The translations under genes were made by a program, and so were the position numbers. A stretch of DNA of 63,345 nt, counting the filler, from Choristocarpus tenellus KU-1152 (taxonomy: Eukaryota; Protista; Phaeophyceae): the NCBI GenBank assembly GCA_964200185.2. It is 9 parts of 9 records of this genome, joined end to end, with 100 filler letters (N's around TTAATTAATTAA, not from the genome) between each part and the next. Parts side by side here need not be neighbours in the genome. Positions count along the whole stretch, not along the records: positions 32,161 to 40,062 come from CAXNAD020005422.1; positions 40,163 to 45,748 come from CAXNAD020010342.1; positions 45,849 to 50,107 come from CAXNAD020015434.1; positions 50,208 to 55,051 come from CAXNAD020012829.1; 5 more parts are not named here. One strand, given 5' to 3'. Below are positions 39,979 through 53,342 of the stretch, in pieces. The notes under the pieces were generated by a model. That model did not search any database. It was given only the letters and a program-made list of their open reading frames with translations, and was not told the DNA's origin. Position 1 is the stretch's first letter; every line of letters begins with the position of its first letter.

Positions 39979-41284
39979 GTGAAGATGCTGGCAACCCATA
40001 AACCCCAACTCAAAACCTCACCCCGCACCTCCGCCCCACGCAATCCTCCTCTTCGTCCTTGTNNNNNNNNNNNNNNNNNNNNNNNNNNNNNNNNNNNNNN
40101 NNNNNNTTAATTAATTAANNNNNNNNNNNNNNNNNNNNNNNNNNNNNNNNNNNNNNNNNNNNGTTCGCACAGATTCCAAACAGCCAGGGCCTGCTGCAAC
40201 TGTCGACTACTAAAATATTCTACACCCGGGTTTTCACCTAGGCATTTCCTGAGCGCAATGGCACGCAGTCACACTGCTCTCTTCCCCCCTTCGACCGGCC
40301 AATCTGTTTCCTTCGCCTGCCGTGACCAGACTTCCCCACAGACTTGGTCACTGTACCACCTGGTGATGGATTCGCCACTCTCTTCCTGTTTTCCCGAGGT
40401 GGCAGAGACTGCAGAGCAGTTCTCCATTGTGGTTAAAGACCCATCCACATTTGTGTGGTAATGCTTTCAATGCATCTTCTCTCAGTGTCAGTGTCGCCAC
40501 TGCGTGATACATTTCGCGATTTGATTATGCTGCTGCGCCACACTACTCGCACTTTCTCGTCACCTAACATAGCATTGAGTTTCACACGGTACTTGCTTTT
40601 CCGACCCCTCTTCACAGAGAACTTGCCGAGGGTGGATCCAGAGGGAAGAATGGCCTCGGCGGCTCTCCTTCTCTCACTGTCATGGTTCATGTTGTTGTGT
40701 AAGTCACGTGTGTGTGTGCTCACTGAAAGTCTGCAAAAGGCGTTGAAAAGATGTCCCGATAAAAAGATGTCTGGATTTTGTTTTCTGCTTTTTTTCGGTA
40801 GGGCCGCAGCAGCCAAACTTGGACAGCGACCTATCCCGGACCAGGTTTCTGCAGGGAGTTCAGCTAACCACTTCATTTTTGTACGTTTTGAAGCTGTGAT
40901 CTTCAAAATTGCGCCGGAGCTATTCCCCCGCGTTTTTTCCATTATTTTTCGAGACATAATTTCCTTTCACCGAAGTTTGTACATTCTTGCATACAAACCT
41001 TATTGCTGGGATGTGTCTGGTTTGTGACGAAGGAGGTCATAGTGCAACAAAGCACTGAAGAATTTGTTCTGGTAGGTCTGATGACATATTGTATTCAGTT
41101 AGATAGTGTTCGATGTTATGGTATGTTTGGTTGTGTTGTCATAAACACGGCTAGAGGCAAGTGTGAGTAATAGTGCAACGGGTTCGGTTTGATGTGTCTG
41201 AAGGGATGTCTTAATCAATCAGACTTTGGTTGAAGTCAGATGGGTACTGGTATGTCTGTGGCATATATTACTCAAGCAGACTGT

Positions 41285-42451
41285 GATAGAAACGGTGTGG
41301 TCATTCATTGAGTCATTCAAATGAAGAAATTCATTCTCTGTGAAAAGGATTGTCCCCTTGGCAGAGAAGGGTTTTGAAGGATGGTTTTAACTCTGTTTAT
41401 ATTTCATCCCGGTGTGTGTCTTTACATGTGTTGCAGAGCGATGGATAGCTTTCGATGGGACAATGCCAGTCAAGTAAAAATAAGAATCAACACATGCTAT
41501 GCAACTGATAACTTGCGTCATGGAGATGAAGAAGTAAAAACAAAGAAGAAAGAAGAAGAAAACCTTGAATCCGTATCAAACATAACTAATATCCCTCATT
41601 GTATGTGTGTATGATGGGCAGTAACTGTTCCTATGCTTTCTACCCACTTTGACGTACTTGCAGTGGTTGAGCAAAGTGTGATGATGAACAAATAATGGGA
41701 ATGGGAATAGCGACCAGTACAAGTGACGAATCAGAATTCAGTGTGTACTGATGATGCTGTATCGTATCAAAACAAATCGAATGAGTAGCCTTTGTTTTAA
41801 AATTAATTTGATAAATGTATTGATGTATATCTGTTGTGGCGATACGGTGAGAAAAAGCTATATTGCCATAGAAGACGAAGCTACTGTTACCACCTTAGTC
41901 GTTGATGTTAGCTTGTGCGTGTGTGTGCTGTAAAAGAAGCAGTGTCGCCGATAACTTGACGATTTCCCATAATGTGATGAGTAACAAATGATAGTCGAGA
42001 ACTAGATAGAAACGGTGTGGTCATTCATTGAGACATTCAAATGAAGAAATTCATCCTCTGTGAAGAGGATTGTCACCTTAGCAGAGAATTTTTGAAGGAT
42101 GGTTTTAACTCTGTATATATTTCATCCCGGCGTGTGTCTTATTTTTGTTGCAGAGTGGTGGCACGTCTTATTGAGGGGCTGTCAATGAACAAAAATTTAG
42201 AACCAACACATAATATGCAACTGATAACTTGTGTGAAAAAGAAGAAGTAACACAGGAAGAAATAAGAAGCCAAGCTTGGATCCATATCTAAGTAATTACC
42301 GTCATACATATTATGAGTGAGTTGAGATGATGAGCTAATGAGCTAATGAGCTAATGGTGGGAATAGGAATAGTGACCATTGCAATGGACAAACCAACGGT
42401 CTGTACGGACTGACGATGCTGTATCGTATCAAAGCAAATCGAACGAGTACC
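41285..42451. repeat. Diverged direct duplication (41285-41790 vs 42005-42451)
   Basis: Both copies start GATAGAAACGGTGTGGTCATTCATTGAG and end GATGCTGTATCGTATCAAARCAAATCGAAYGAGTA. Confidence 0.88.
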
Positions 42452-42501
42452 CTATATATCTTAACAAGGGTTAGACTACAAGGGCTCTGAAGCCCGAAAG
42501 A

Positions 42502-43177
42502 ATGTCCAAAAGGGCTCGCAAGGCGGAAGAGAAAGCGATCGTAACAAAGGCAGCTGTGGAGACCTTTCAATACCACCAAATCCTTTACGTAGAAGAGGTC
42601 ACGAAGCAGGTGAAGGTAGCCATTGACGACGACGCCAGGGAAGAAGAGTAGGTGAGATTGAGACTATTTGCACACTAATGCTTTGGTGTCTCCCACTTCT
42701 TGCAAGATGCCGTACATTCATGTTTGTTCCTGGACTTGGGGTTGAGCGTCTAAAGTTGAGTAAGGCTTTCTCCCAGCCTGCATTCATTCGAGAAATCAAC
42801 ACAACGTTCGATCAACTCAAGCCTGCCCTCCCTCGCCCTTGCGCCTTGATGAAAATAAATCATCATCCGCCCAGGAAACACGGACAACCCCCATTTCCGG
42901 CGCTCAACAAGGAAATGTGATAGTTAAGGTTCTAACATTGCGAATCCTGTACGTGTGTATGAATGACGGGAAAGACGATGAAACGGCACTCGAGATGGCA
43001 GCAGGATATGCGATGGTCAGCCCAGAAACTGTGAGTAAATGGGAGAGAGACTTCCTAACTAAGGACCACATCAAGGTGTCAAAGCAAGGGCGCTATGAGA
43101 GGCGTTTCATCCTGGGCCTCGACGAGGACATCCTTGCCGAGGTCAAAGGATGGGTTTTGAACACACAGGAAGAAAGG
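42502..43177 (+). pseudogene. Intron-containing DNA transposase relic (N-terminal HTH region, IS630/Tc1/mariner-group-like)
   Basis: ALEMAAGYAMVSPETVSKWERDFL...SKQGRYERRFILGLDEDILAEVKGWV resembles transposase HTH/linker regions. The upstream exon MSKRARKAEEKA...EEE* ends in TAG|gtgaga, and there is a frameshift near 42880. No catalytic domain is visible. Confidence 0.5.
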
Positions 43178-44401
43178 GTGAGGAGAGTTTTTTCCCACCT
43201 AAACCCTATACTTTAATCAAGTAATTGTGCATCTGTTGCCACTCTTGGTGACCTACCATCCAGGGCTCGAACCCCAATATGAGCGCTCTTTCTTCAAAAA
43301 AAGAAAAAAGTGGCGAAAATATACATGAAACCGGTACCCCGGAGGGCCTTGTGACAGGCATCACGAATATGCTATTATTATTTTAATCCGATGTCTATAT
43401 CAAACGTAATGACGGGACAACCCCAGAGGGCGAAGCTACTGGTACCTCTATAGTGAATTTCATTTCGCACACTCTAGTCATATCACATGAACTCAATCCA
43501 ATGCCACAATCTCACATACACAAAACAGAGTACACCTTACTATCGTCCTATTTTGCACATTCCCCCATGAGAGTGCAGGCAATGAAGGGTTGCTGGAACT
43601 CTCAAAAGCGGAAAAAATATATATATATATAATATATATATACATCCATAGTCATAACGAAATTCATCTACAACCTTGTCAACACTGCCTGTCTGAGTGG
43701 TCCCGAATGCTTTCGGTTTTTTCATATATCTTTATTTGTATCTTATTCTGCACATCCACATCGTGACGGTTTTACCTCGGATGGTGTTCAAAATGATATT
43801 GCTAGTGTTGTGAATCGAGAGCATTCGGAGAGAAATACGAAAAACAATTGTAGGTACTATTTGTAGCTAGTTAAATCGGCTCGAAACTTTCCAAGTACTC
43901 AAAATTTGAACCCAATTGGCAGCAATCACCTCCCTCTTCCTCTCCTCTTTCACTTACCTTCCCCATAGTAGACTCAACCCTCGCTTGATGTATGTACTTG
44001 TGAAGTAGTCTCAGGCGCACAAGTATGAGAGCAAGTGGTATCATTGATCACAACAACTGATGACCACTGTACCTCGATAGCAGAACACATTCACAGCATG
44101 CATGGCAACACTAGCAGATAGAAGTGCCAACACAATGCTACACCATGATAACACTCTGGACAGTGTCCAGCAGTGTCAACTCTCCATAGAAAGCTATATC
44201 ACAACATGATGTTATGACATCGCAACACTTTGGACAGTGTGACTAAGCTAGTTCTGTTATGGCACGAGTAAATTATGGTGTGCCATCAGAATGCGCTGGA
44301 GAGTACAGTTCTCTTTTTTTCATTTTGTGATATGGCATAATGGATATCCACTTGGGGAGCAGTATGGACCTCCGTTCGCATTTTTTGCGCATACTTGAAA
44401 C

Positions 44402-44582
44402 GGTTCAAAGCATCTGGGGGGAGGGAGGCGGCTGTCCATTTGGGGTCAAATTTTTCATGTCGCGATTTTTGGGTTTTATTTGGTTTCATAGGTCCGAATG
44501 ATAATGTAAATGTACGTTTCCTGATTTTGGTCCAAATTGACACCCTGGTGTAGACTCCACTCCCCCTCAGATACTCTGGGTC
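44402..44582. mobile_element. MITE family B copy
   Basis: TIRs GGTTCAAAGCATCTGGGGG / CCCTCAGATACTCTGGGTC, flanked by AAC/AAC. The body is homologous to 59855-59999 and to the reverse complement of 60745-60895. Confidence 0.85.
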
Positions 44583-45848
44583 AACAGCCTTCAAACCACA
44601 TCGCTGTTGTGCTGCCCACTATGATAGCTGACTGGCTGGGTAGCGCTGTTGTTGCACCCTACACCGCATGACAGCAGGCTTCGCACATTGATTACAATCC
44701 CATAATGCTACCCACAGCCATTGCTTAGAGATACTTGTGTTCACCTGCACTTGGTGTAACACACTCGGCAGATAATACACTCCCAGGGATAGTTCGCTTA
44801 ATTTGCACCCAGTTACCATGGCCACCAATATTGCGAGCAATCTGTAATTGTTGTTTTCCTCTCTGATCGCACTCGTTGTTCCCAGTGCAATGAGGCCCCT
44901 CTCTAGATGCCAAAAACGTGGGATATGTAGGCAATCATACTGACAAGAGCCTTTGCAACGTAAATCATACCGCTTGAATTGGACAGGATGAGGGCGTCAT
45001 TCAAGGTCTCTGTAGACACATGAGAGGTAGAGATATCCGTCCTCCCGACGGGTGGGAATCGTCGGCAATGTGGGCTGCAGGAACCACATTATAATCAACG
45101 CAATTTTTGCGTGAGGAGACTAAGGTGGGATTGTAGTTGGCGCTCCAATTTTTTTGCCACGTTTGTGTCTATACCTGAGACGAACACATGGCGAAGATGC
45201 CTCCTCTTTCTCTCCTGGGCCCCTTGCAACATCTTCTTGCGTCCTTATCCTCTGCACCTCATGTCACAGTCACATCCGAGATAAAGTAAAAGATAGGTAC
45301 CCAGGTTTTGCCCGTTTTGCATTTTAAGCCATTTTTAATCTTCTGCGATTCGCCCATATTTCTATGGATGAAGTGCAAAAATTAATTGATTTGAGAGCGT
45401 TCATGTCTCTATTGTTAAATATTTTTCGACAGAATTAAGAAAATTCCCTACGTGCATTTGTACCAAATGCTGAAATTTGTACATATAGTTGAGCATCTAA
45501 AAAATGCAACTATGGGTACCTCTTGCTTAATTTGACTCAGATTTATATTTTCACAGAAAAATCGCACCAATCTACTGAATTACATACGGGTCCGACGAAC
45601 ATATTGTGATAATGCTGTTTCGAGCAATGATCCAGTTTAGATACTTGCAACAACTGCAATGGGTTACGGCCGAACTTCTATGACCTGGAGGGGGTACTGG
45701 AGGATGGAATGCTATGTGGGTAACAGGAGGAAGGCTGTGCCGAGGGGGNNNNNNNNNNNNNNNNNNNNNNNNNNNNNNNNNNNNNNNNNNNNTTAATTAA
45801 TTAANNNNNNNNNNNNNNNNNNNNNNNNNNNNNNNNNNNNNNNNNNNN

Positions 45849-45928
45849 ACCAAATCACACAAAAAAAGTGAAAAACGAAAAAAGGGTGAAAAACGGACGC
45901 TGGCACCCCCCCCCAGATACCTTGATCC
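45849..45928. mobile_element. MITE family B end at the contig start (other partial ends at 16091-16119, 32018-32060, 50057-50107, 59855-59999)
   Basis: AACGGACGCTGGCACCCCCCCCCAGATACCTTGATCC matches 60906-60943. Confidence 0.75.
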
Positions 45929-46941
45929 TGATAGTAGTAACATTTGTAAGTAATACAAAAATAGTAAAATATTAGAAAAAAAGGTTAACTACAGAGTAAA
46001 TCTGAGTCTTTTGAGGTTGAGAATTAGAAGAGGGGAATGGCAAGGATAGGAAAAAGAATAGGAGGGTAGAGAAATGTTGTAGACGTCTTGAATGGGAGGC
46101 AGATCGTGTGATTGAGATATTAAAGGGAAATGAGGAGCAGGTGGGGAATGGAGGCTAGAAGGACTAGGGAAGAAAAAAGGTAAATGTCAAGAGCAGAATG
46201 TGAGGACAAAAAATGGCAAGATCAAGGTAACATCCGAGCAATCTTTCTCACCCACCCATCCTCTTGATTGCTAACAATTGAGTGAGATGTTGGGAGGGGG
46301 GGCGGAGGTCGTGTTCAGGCGGTGTAGATGCTATCTACTTCAAAGGCACGGTATTGAAATGGATAGTTAGGGGGTGTTCTTGGATTAGTGTGGAGTGGTG
46401 TAAAGCGGTGTGGTAGAGGAAGGTGGAGTGGGTTTGCAGGAATTGATCGCATTGGTTGGTGACTGGAAACCAGTGACAAAGATCGGTCGCACTGATTGGT
46501 CGTTGGATATACAGAATTGGCCACATAGTTTATGGGATAACAAGGATAGTATGTGTGGAGGAAAGTAAGAAGTGGTGGCATATTGCTTGAGGAGGAGAAG
46601 AGTGAATGAAAAGCTAAGACTAGGCTAATTCATCAATGCAGAATTTGTGACCAACGCCAAAAATAGTGAAGTTACTTTGTTCCTTTAACATATAATTTAT
46701 TATTTATTCTGTGGGTATTCGTTTGAAACTTGAGACCAAGATCAAGGTACCAATGTCGAGCCGGGTCCACCACAGGATTCGGCGCTCATCAGGCGGTGAC
46801 TCTGTTTCCTCTGCCTCTCCCTCCACCTCCACAATCTCCTCCTCATCCTCCCATTCCTCCTCCACCATGGCCCCTAACTCCAAGATCTCTCCCCCTACTC
46901 CCACACTGCCTGCACCCTTCAAATCCCACTAAGTGCATGGA

Positions 46942-47200
46942 GAGTGAAAGTATCTTAGAGGGTACGAGTTTTGTCTTGTTTGTCCGTTTGGGGCTTGGCT
47001 TCCCAGGGGCTTTTTATGACATTTCATCTACTCCGAAATTTTTTCAGAGTAGGTGAAATGTATGTATTATGAAAGGTGTGTATGGGACAAGGATATTGAC
47101 ACTTCCTTACGAACACGATAGCCAAAATTACATCAAAATCGCAAGGTTAGATTTTGGCCCCAAAACGGACGAGGCTCTACCCTCTAAGATACTTTGACTT
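46942..47200. mobile_element. MITE family A, copy 3 (259 bp), within a probable retroelement 3' remnant
   Basis: GAGTGAAAGTATCTTAGAGGGTACG...TACCCTCTAAGATACTTTGACTT, flanked by TGGA/TGGG. Confidence 0.9.
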
Positions 47201-49439
47201 TGGGATAAGATCAACAAGCCAGCGGCAGCAGAGGTGGAGGAAGAATGGGGGTCAGGCTCTCAACTCCTTCGAAGGCAGAATAACGTCATCTTTCAAGCAG
47301 GAAAACATGAAGGGCGGGAGGGGTTGTGAGTTCGACCAGCACACTAGGATCAAAACAAGGTGTGGGCTATAGGAAATCCCTTTCCTTGTCCCTGAGTAGA
47401 GTAGATAGTAGTGATAATACAGGAGAAGAAATGGCTTAAATTTTAAAAACTATTTGCCCTCCCTCTCCGCCATTGCACTTCCGAGAAGAGATACTCTGAA
47501 CAAGGATACTTAAAACGTAGTTTTGAACTTCAGTGAACAATACTACCTCGGCAAACACCAACAAAACCACAGCAAATAAACATCAGCATCAAAACCATCC
47601 CATAACCATAGTCCCAAACCTCTCAAGGTCGTCTTGAATATGCATCCGCCACTTCGCCTCCTGTTCACCTTGCCTCTGTATTCAAGCTGCGAGCTCCCAA
47701 AAAATACCCATCTTTGGAAGTTGCGCGTTCTTATCGATGCAACTGCCCCTGCGAACAGGAGCCTCTAGTTTTGCACAGCCGGCCCACTGCTTAGTTTGTG
47801 CATTCTCGTTTGCAAAAAAAATGCAACATAGGCGGAACTACTTTTGTTGGTGGTGGGAGTGAAGTTACATGTATAGTGGAGCTGGGGAAGAATCCATGTC
47901 ACACAATAATGTAACAGAACCTCAAGCACTCCGGCCTTGAGTATGAAAATGTTAAGCTCAAGTAATAATACATGCGTAATTCTGTCATGGACCACTGGGT
48001 GGATTTGCGGGAACAACCCCAGACTTTTTAGCCGTTTGGACTGATCTGAGCGGTGGTATTAACAGCTTCATCACTGATGGTGCCTTAAAGGTAAACAACC
48101 TTGTCGGTCTGCTTGTGCTTCTGATCCACCGCCCGGGTCTGCAAGATATCTTGGGGGGGTTGAAGACACGTATACATACACGCTCCCCATCTTCAACTCC
48201 GACAGGCACTACCTTTTGACCACACATACCTCAGAATACTGTTGTGTGAAAAGTAGTACAAACAATTATACCTCAACATACTATAATGATAAAAAAAAGT
48301 ATTTATAATCATTATTTAATTACGAGTCGTTGCAGAGGATATCTTTTTGTCGAGCGAGCGGGGGTACCAAATAGAGTCAATGGTTTTGAGGCTAAATCAG
48401 GCATTTCTTCCGATTGAGATCAGAGGTGTCGATGGCAAATAATAATAACGCTCGCCATCGTTTTTTACTCTGTTTCTCCTCAGAAATTGGTTGCACTTAC
48501 GAGTGAAACATTTGTTGAAGGTATATGTCAGATTAGACGTGTCATTGTTGAAAAATTCATAGTATATTGTCAATACTCAAATTATTGACTTCCAAGACGG
48601 TGGAATTATAGTAGGCGGCCTGCCTGTGAAAATGTTCCATTCAAACACTGAAAACACAGAAACATGATCAAAAATACCTATGGAAGCTCCTCACTACTTC
48701 CAGATTCTCTGGCATAGGGGAGAGGTGCAACCAAGTTGTATGTTGCTCTTTCTTCAGGAGAGCATGTGCTTCAGCCTCCCCGTGTTGACTGGCGTCCCTA
48801 CCTCAAGGAACATATTGTAGGCTGGGGTCAATTTGGAGTAGGGGTCCCAACGGGGTTAAGCGTGTTCTGCTGGACATCCGACTCAGAAATAAGAGTGGGG
48901 AATGGGTAGTCAGCCTGTATGGAAAAAATCTTACAGGCTAACAATATCAGCATTTCTTCTCATGTTCTAGCAAGCGCGAGGAGTGCACGAGATTTGTAGC
49001 AAACAGGTGATGTTACAGAATAATGCTGATTTCTTAGAAATTGCTGGAAAGATTTGTAATTTGAGTACGTATACAACGGCTGGCAGATGTTTTTTAATTT
49101 GTAGTCTGTAGAATTCGGGTGCATGATGCAAATAAGGAATAATTTGACTGCCACCAAAGTACGTCTTGATTCAGTATTTACTTCTCGATTAAAACATTAA
49201 GTCAAGCTTTGAGCTAAGCACTAAGTGAAGCATCCAGAGAAGAGTAGGTGACACCCGCACGTAGCTATCAACTGAGGAAATACCCCAGTAGTGTCGTTTA
49301 AGGTCGTTGGATTAGAGCTATACATCCTGTGGAGGTAAGCCTCTGGAGCGTGTTGTAACAAAAACGCCTTCAATAGCATTCACTCCTCAGCTTTCATTGA
49401 GGACCTCCCTGAGGCCCTACCAGGACTCTTTTTCCATGC

Positions 49440-49880
49440 GGCAAAGGTGAACAAGGATGCAGGTGATCTTATATCTTCCCCTAGACAGAGCGAGAATGAA
49501 GGTCATGCGCTTAAGGATGGGGACACAACATGGAGACCTCCTTGTCATCTTGCTTTACTGTCTGACCGTGGCCATTCCCTTGCACACTGAAGATGGAAGC
49601 TCTTTCATGGAGGACCAGAATTTCCATATGAATGTTGTGTTCCATGCTAGGGCTTTGTTAGAGGCTGGCCCAACCCCTTCTATCATGACAAATGCCTTCT
49701 TCTGGAGGTGTGAAAAGACCTCCCACTACAAGGGATCGTTTTATCCTCACAGTTTTATTCTCAACAACTTCGTTGTGGGGAGTTTTGGGCGGCTTGGTAT
49801 ACGAGCAGAGAGCTTCCTTGATGAGTTGGCCTCCCATGTGGTTGGAGGGAGAGTTGACTCCCCCACACCCTCTCTAAAGT
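49440..49880 (+). mobile_element. CRE-like RLE endonuclease fragment, internally deleted
   Basis: EDGSSFMEDQNFHMNVVFHARALLEAGPTP...KTSHYKGSFYPHSFILNNFVVGSFGRLGIRAESFLDELASHVVGGR is homologous to 31520-31860. Confidence 0.72.
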
Positions 49881-50473
49881 AGCTGTGTCTTACATGTCGT
49901 ACATGCTCTTTACTCCCTTCACAAGGTCATCTATCATACAATAAAACTCCCACCAAACTCTACTTTTTATGGATACAACGAAACCCAAATTGTTGATATT
50001 GGGATATCAGATGGCTGCACAGGTCGCATTGCAAGCTTGGTGTTCCATCCCCATGAGACCCAAAGTATCTGGGAGGGGGGGGGGGTCTACACCAGGGTGT
50101 CTATTTGNNNNNNNNNNNNNNNNNNNNNNNNNNNNNNNNNNNNNNNNNNNNTTAATTAATTAANNNNNNNNNNNNNNNNNNNNNNNNNNNNNNNNNNNNN
50201 NNNNNNNGGGGGGGGTATACCTGATACCGTCTCTTCATAACACATGCGACAGAAGTTGTTGTGAAGATCAGCGGCAAAAAATGAGTTTTTTTTTGTTTAA
50301 CCACTTTTTTTCTTGTGAAAAAATGGCATCACATCGTATCACATCACATCATATAGCATCACATCACACCCCATCCCATCCCACCGCACTAATGGCTCCA
50401 CAGCACCAACCGCATCAAAGGACGAACCTTCTAGGTTCTGGATCCTTGCCGTGGGGGGAGGTTCGTTAGTCAC

Positions 50474-53342
50474 CTGCAGACGGCCATCGCCCATCTTCAA
50501 GAACGTCGCGATTTCCACGGGCCGTGTCATCTAAAGACAGAGATAGATAGATAGATAGATAGAGAGAGAGAGGGAGAGAGAGAGGACACAAGTGTTGCCT
50601 TTGTTCATACCGCTATATATAGAGGAACTGAAGACTCCACAATGGATCTGCACCAGTGTCGGCAGACGAAACCCACAGTCAGTCGAACGCGGTGGTAGAG
50701 TGCGTTCTTCACCTTCACATCCCTCCGCCAGCTGTCGCCGAAGTTCAGCTTAGGGACATCTAGGTGCGCCACAACCCTCCCCACCCGGACACCACCCCTA
50801 GCACTGTAGTGCAGACTTGCACCAACCATGCTGCCGCCTCTCCCAAGGCGTGGAACTCCGCCAATGCCGTGGTCGCGGTGATCTCGCTAAAAAAAAGAAG
50901 AGCGTTTTGGAAGAGGAGGAAGCAGTGCGTGTGACGGAGTTTACACGATTAGGGAGGCGAACAAAGTGTTCTGATAGGACTGCAATAGGTAAGGAGGGGT
51001 TTTGGGGGGGGAAGGGGATGAGATATGGGCCCAGTTACAAGGAGAATATAGACTTAGGGTTGGGGCTGGGAGACCACAAGTGAACACAGACTGGGGCTGC
51101 ACTTGAAGCTAGTAGTCAGGTCCCCTCTTTTCAACATATTGAGATGCCACTGTTCCACCGGGAGCACGTAAGTCTCACACAGGACTAGTGTGTACAATAT
51201 GACCGATGTATTGCGATATCTTGACACCTCTTCATCATGGAGCATCTGATGGGATTGTAAACAATAAGACGGGGCAATTGACTCTACAGGTCCACAAACA
51301 CGTGGCACATTTTGACTGCATGGATTTTTTTCCTGCACCTCTGCTCTCGGCCAAACTCTCTCATTGGCAATAGAGATAAGAGAATGCAACCCTGCCTACC
51401 CCTCTCAGTTGGTTCAGCTCTGACCAGGTGATTTTTATTGGTATCTTGGGGTGGAAATCTCAGTCTGATCCAGTTTGAAGAAGGGGGGCGGGTCGACCAT
51501 AGCTGGCTATGCAGTTTTAATCAGCGGCCCTCTGTAGTCTCCCACTGTGCTGGCAATCAACCACATCTTGTGCTCCTCCCACTCAACCTCTACCCAAGGC
51601 CAACAAGGAACCACCACCAAGCAAAATGAGAGACTCTTCCCGTGCGAGTTCCTGGCTACAGCACCTCAACTAACTCTTCTCCTATCCTAAATATGAAGAC
51701 ATTGTAAAGGCTCACTAAATTGCACTTCAATATCTCCGTCAAGTCGAGAAAGAGAGTCGTGTTGTGATGAAAGTATCATTTGTTGACTCAACGGTAGGGT
51801 ATACCTCATTCTGTCTAAAATTTTTTTTCTTACAAAGAGCAATGGTGAGGGGGCAAAAAAATATCCAGAAGTAATGGAGCCAAAGCACTCTGAAGTAGCG
51901 ACCCCGGCAATTACACCAGCAACAAAAATATCGTCAATATATATCAGTCTATAAACTTTTTTAACAGTTGGGGGTGGTGAAGAGAGGGTACAACAGGGTA
52001 CAGGCAGGTTAGGAACAGCAAAGGCATTGAGTGATGGGCCGATGCAAAAATTATAAACCAAACGGTCACATCAAGGAACAGGAACCACCCCGAAACATCA
52101 TGTTACATCACCTTAACTGAAAAATCTTCGTTCCGAATCCAACTTAAAAACACTTTCATCCAAACAATGACACCCCCTCCTCCCTCTTCATATTGCAATC
52201 ATGCCTGTGCTTCAGAATTTCCAACATCCGTTCCCAATCAGGATCTTGCTACATTTCGTTAACCATCTACCCTGAAACCTGATGGCCATGTGCGTTGCCC
52301 AGAAATTGTCCACCTCCAATCCCACGAGTGGGGCGCTTGGGTCTACGGTAGGGGTTGTGATGAGGGATTTGTCCTTCTCCCTTGTCCCTTGCTTCGGCCA
52401 GATATGCCTCAAACGCCTTAAAGTGGTTGGGAGGGGGAGTTGACGTGTTTGAAGTTACATGCGGAAGCCAGGAACGAATAAACAGCGGTTCAACACATGA
52501 GGTGAACCTGAGTCGCTTTCAACAGGGAGAGAAAAGGAGATCTATCAAGAAATTATTTGAGCTATTTGCTTGCCAGTCGCACGAGAAACGTCAGTGCAGG
52601 TAAATGCCTATAGAGAACCAAAGCTTGAGTATTGCGGTGGTCACCATGAACTATACAGAATTACAATACATGCTGAGGTTGAAGTTGGGTAGCACAGGCA
52701 ACAACCATCAGAGCCCACGGGATGTGAGAGGTAGGGGCTGCACTGATACGCTTATCACGTTTACGTACTGACAATTAATTATTTCTGTTTTTTCATACAT
52801 ATATGACATTGGATGGAGTGAAACTTGCTCAACTGAAGAGCAACACAACATCCAAGAGGGGAGGAGTCAAGAAATCTATTGCAGTTTCGGGCAGGAGGGT
52901 CCATAATATTCGTGTGAAGGAGTGCATATTGATCCACCGAGCTTGAAATTGAATATATATGCACTAGACAACCCAGGATTGACGCGAGAGTCCCATCGGC
53001 ACTCGGGGAGCAAACTCTGGAACATTGCATGCAATTATTGCTCTTCGACATCGCATCTTTCATGCACCCCCCTGTCCTTGCCTCATTAGCTATCTCGCAC
53101 AGCAAGGGCCTCTTACGCCACTTCCGCTCTTTTGATGCATCCAACCCAGCATTTCTATCCCCCACCACAGCATCACCCCCCACTGCAGATCCCCTGTTCA
53201 AGGAGGTATGTAATGGTGGATTCGTTGGTCTTGAAGAAACGGGAAACTTTGATGAAGAAGGACCAGTGTCTGCACCGAGACCTGCATTAGATGAATATCC
53301 TACCAACTCAGGTCTGGGTCTCTTGGGTCCCCCGGGCTTCAT
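50474..53342 (-). CDS. Partial multi-exon gene, possibly with a split F-box-like motif
   Basis: Exons 50886-50611 and 50530-50474 (ag/gt, phase 0) are well supported and include RLTVGFVCRHWCRSIVES. The putative first exon from 53342 (MKPGGPKRPRP...DGTLASILGCL) and a middle exon at ~52418-52281 are uncertain. Confidence 0.45.

Noticed and set aside
18428-42651. Recurrent in-frame TAG codons (18428, 18888, 18960, 42649; also 8957) suggesting stop-codon reassignment
   Set aside because: The intact host genes (EsV-1-7, COA7 body, RPEL, TH1-like) have no internal TAG/TAA over many hundreds of codons. The stops cluster in decayed TE-like sequence that also has TGA stops and frameshifts.
47620-48230. 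Possible mariner-like transposase relic on the minus strand (QKHKQTDKVVYL)
   Set aside because: Similarity is too weak and the sequence too interrupted to support by eye.
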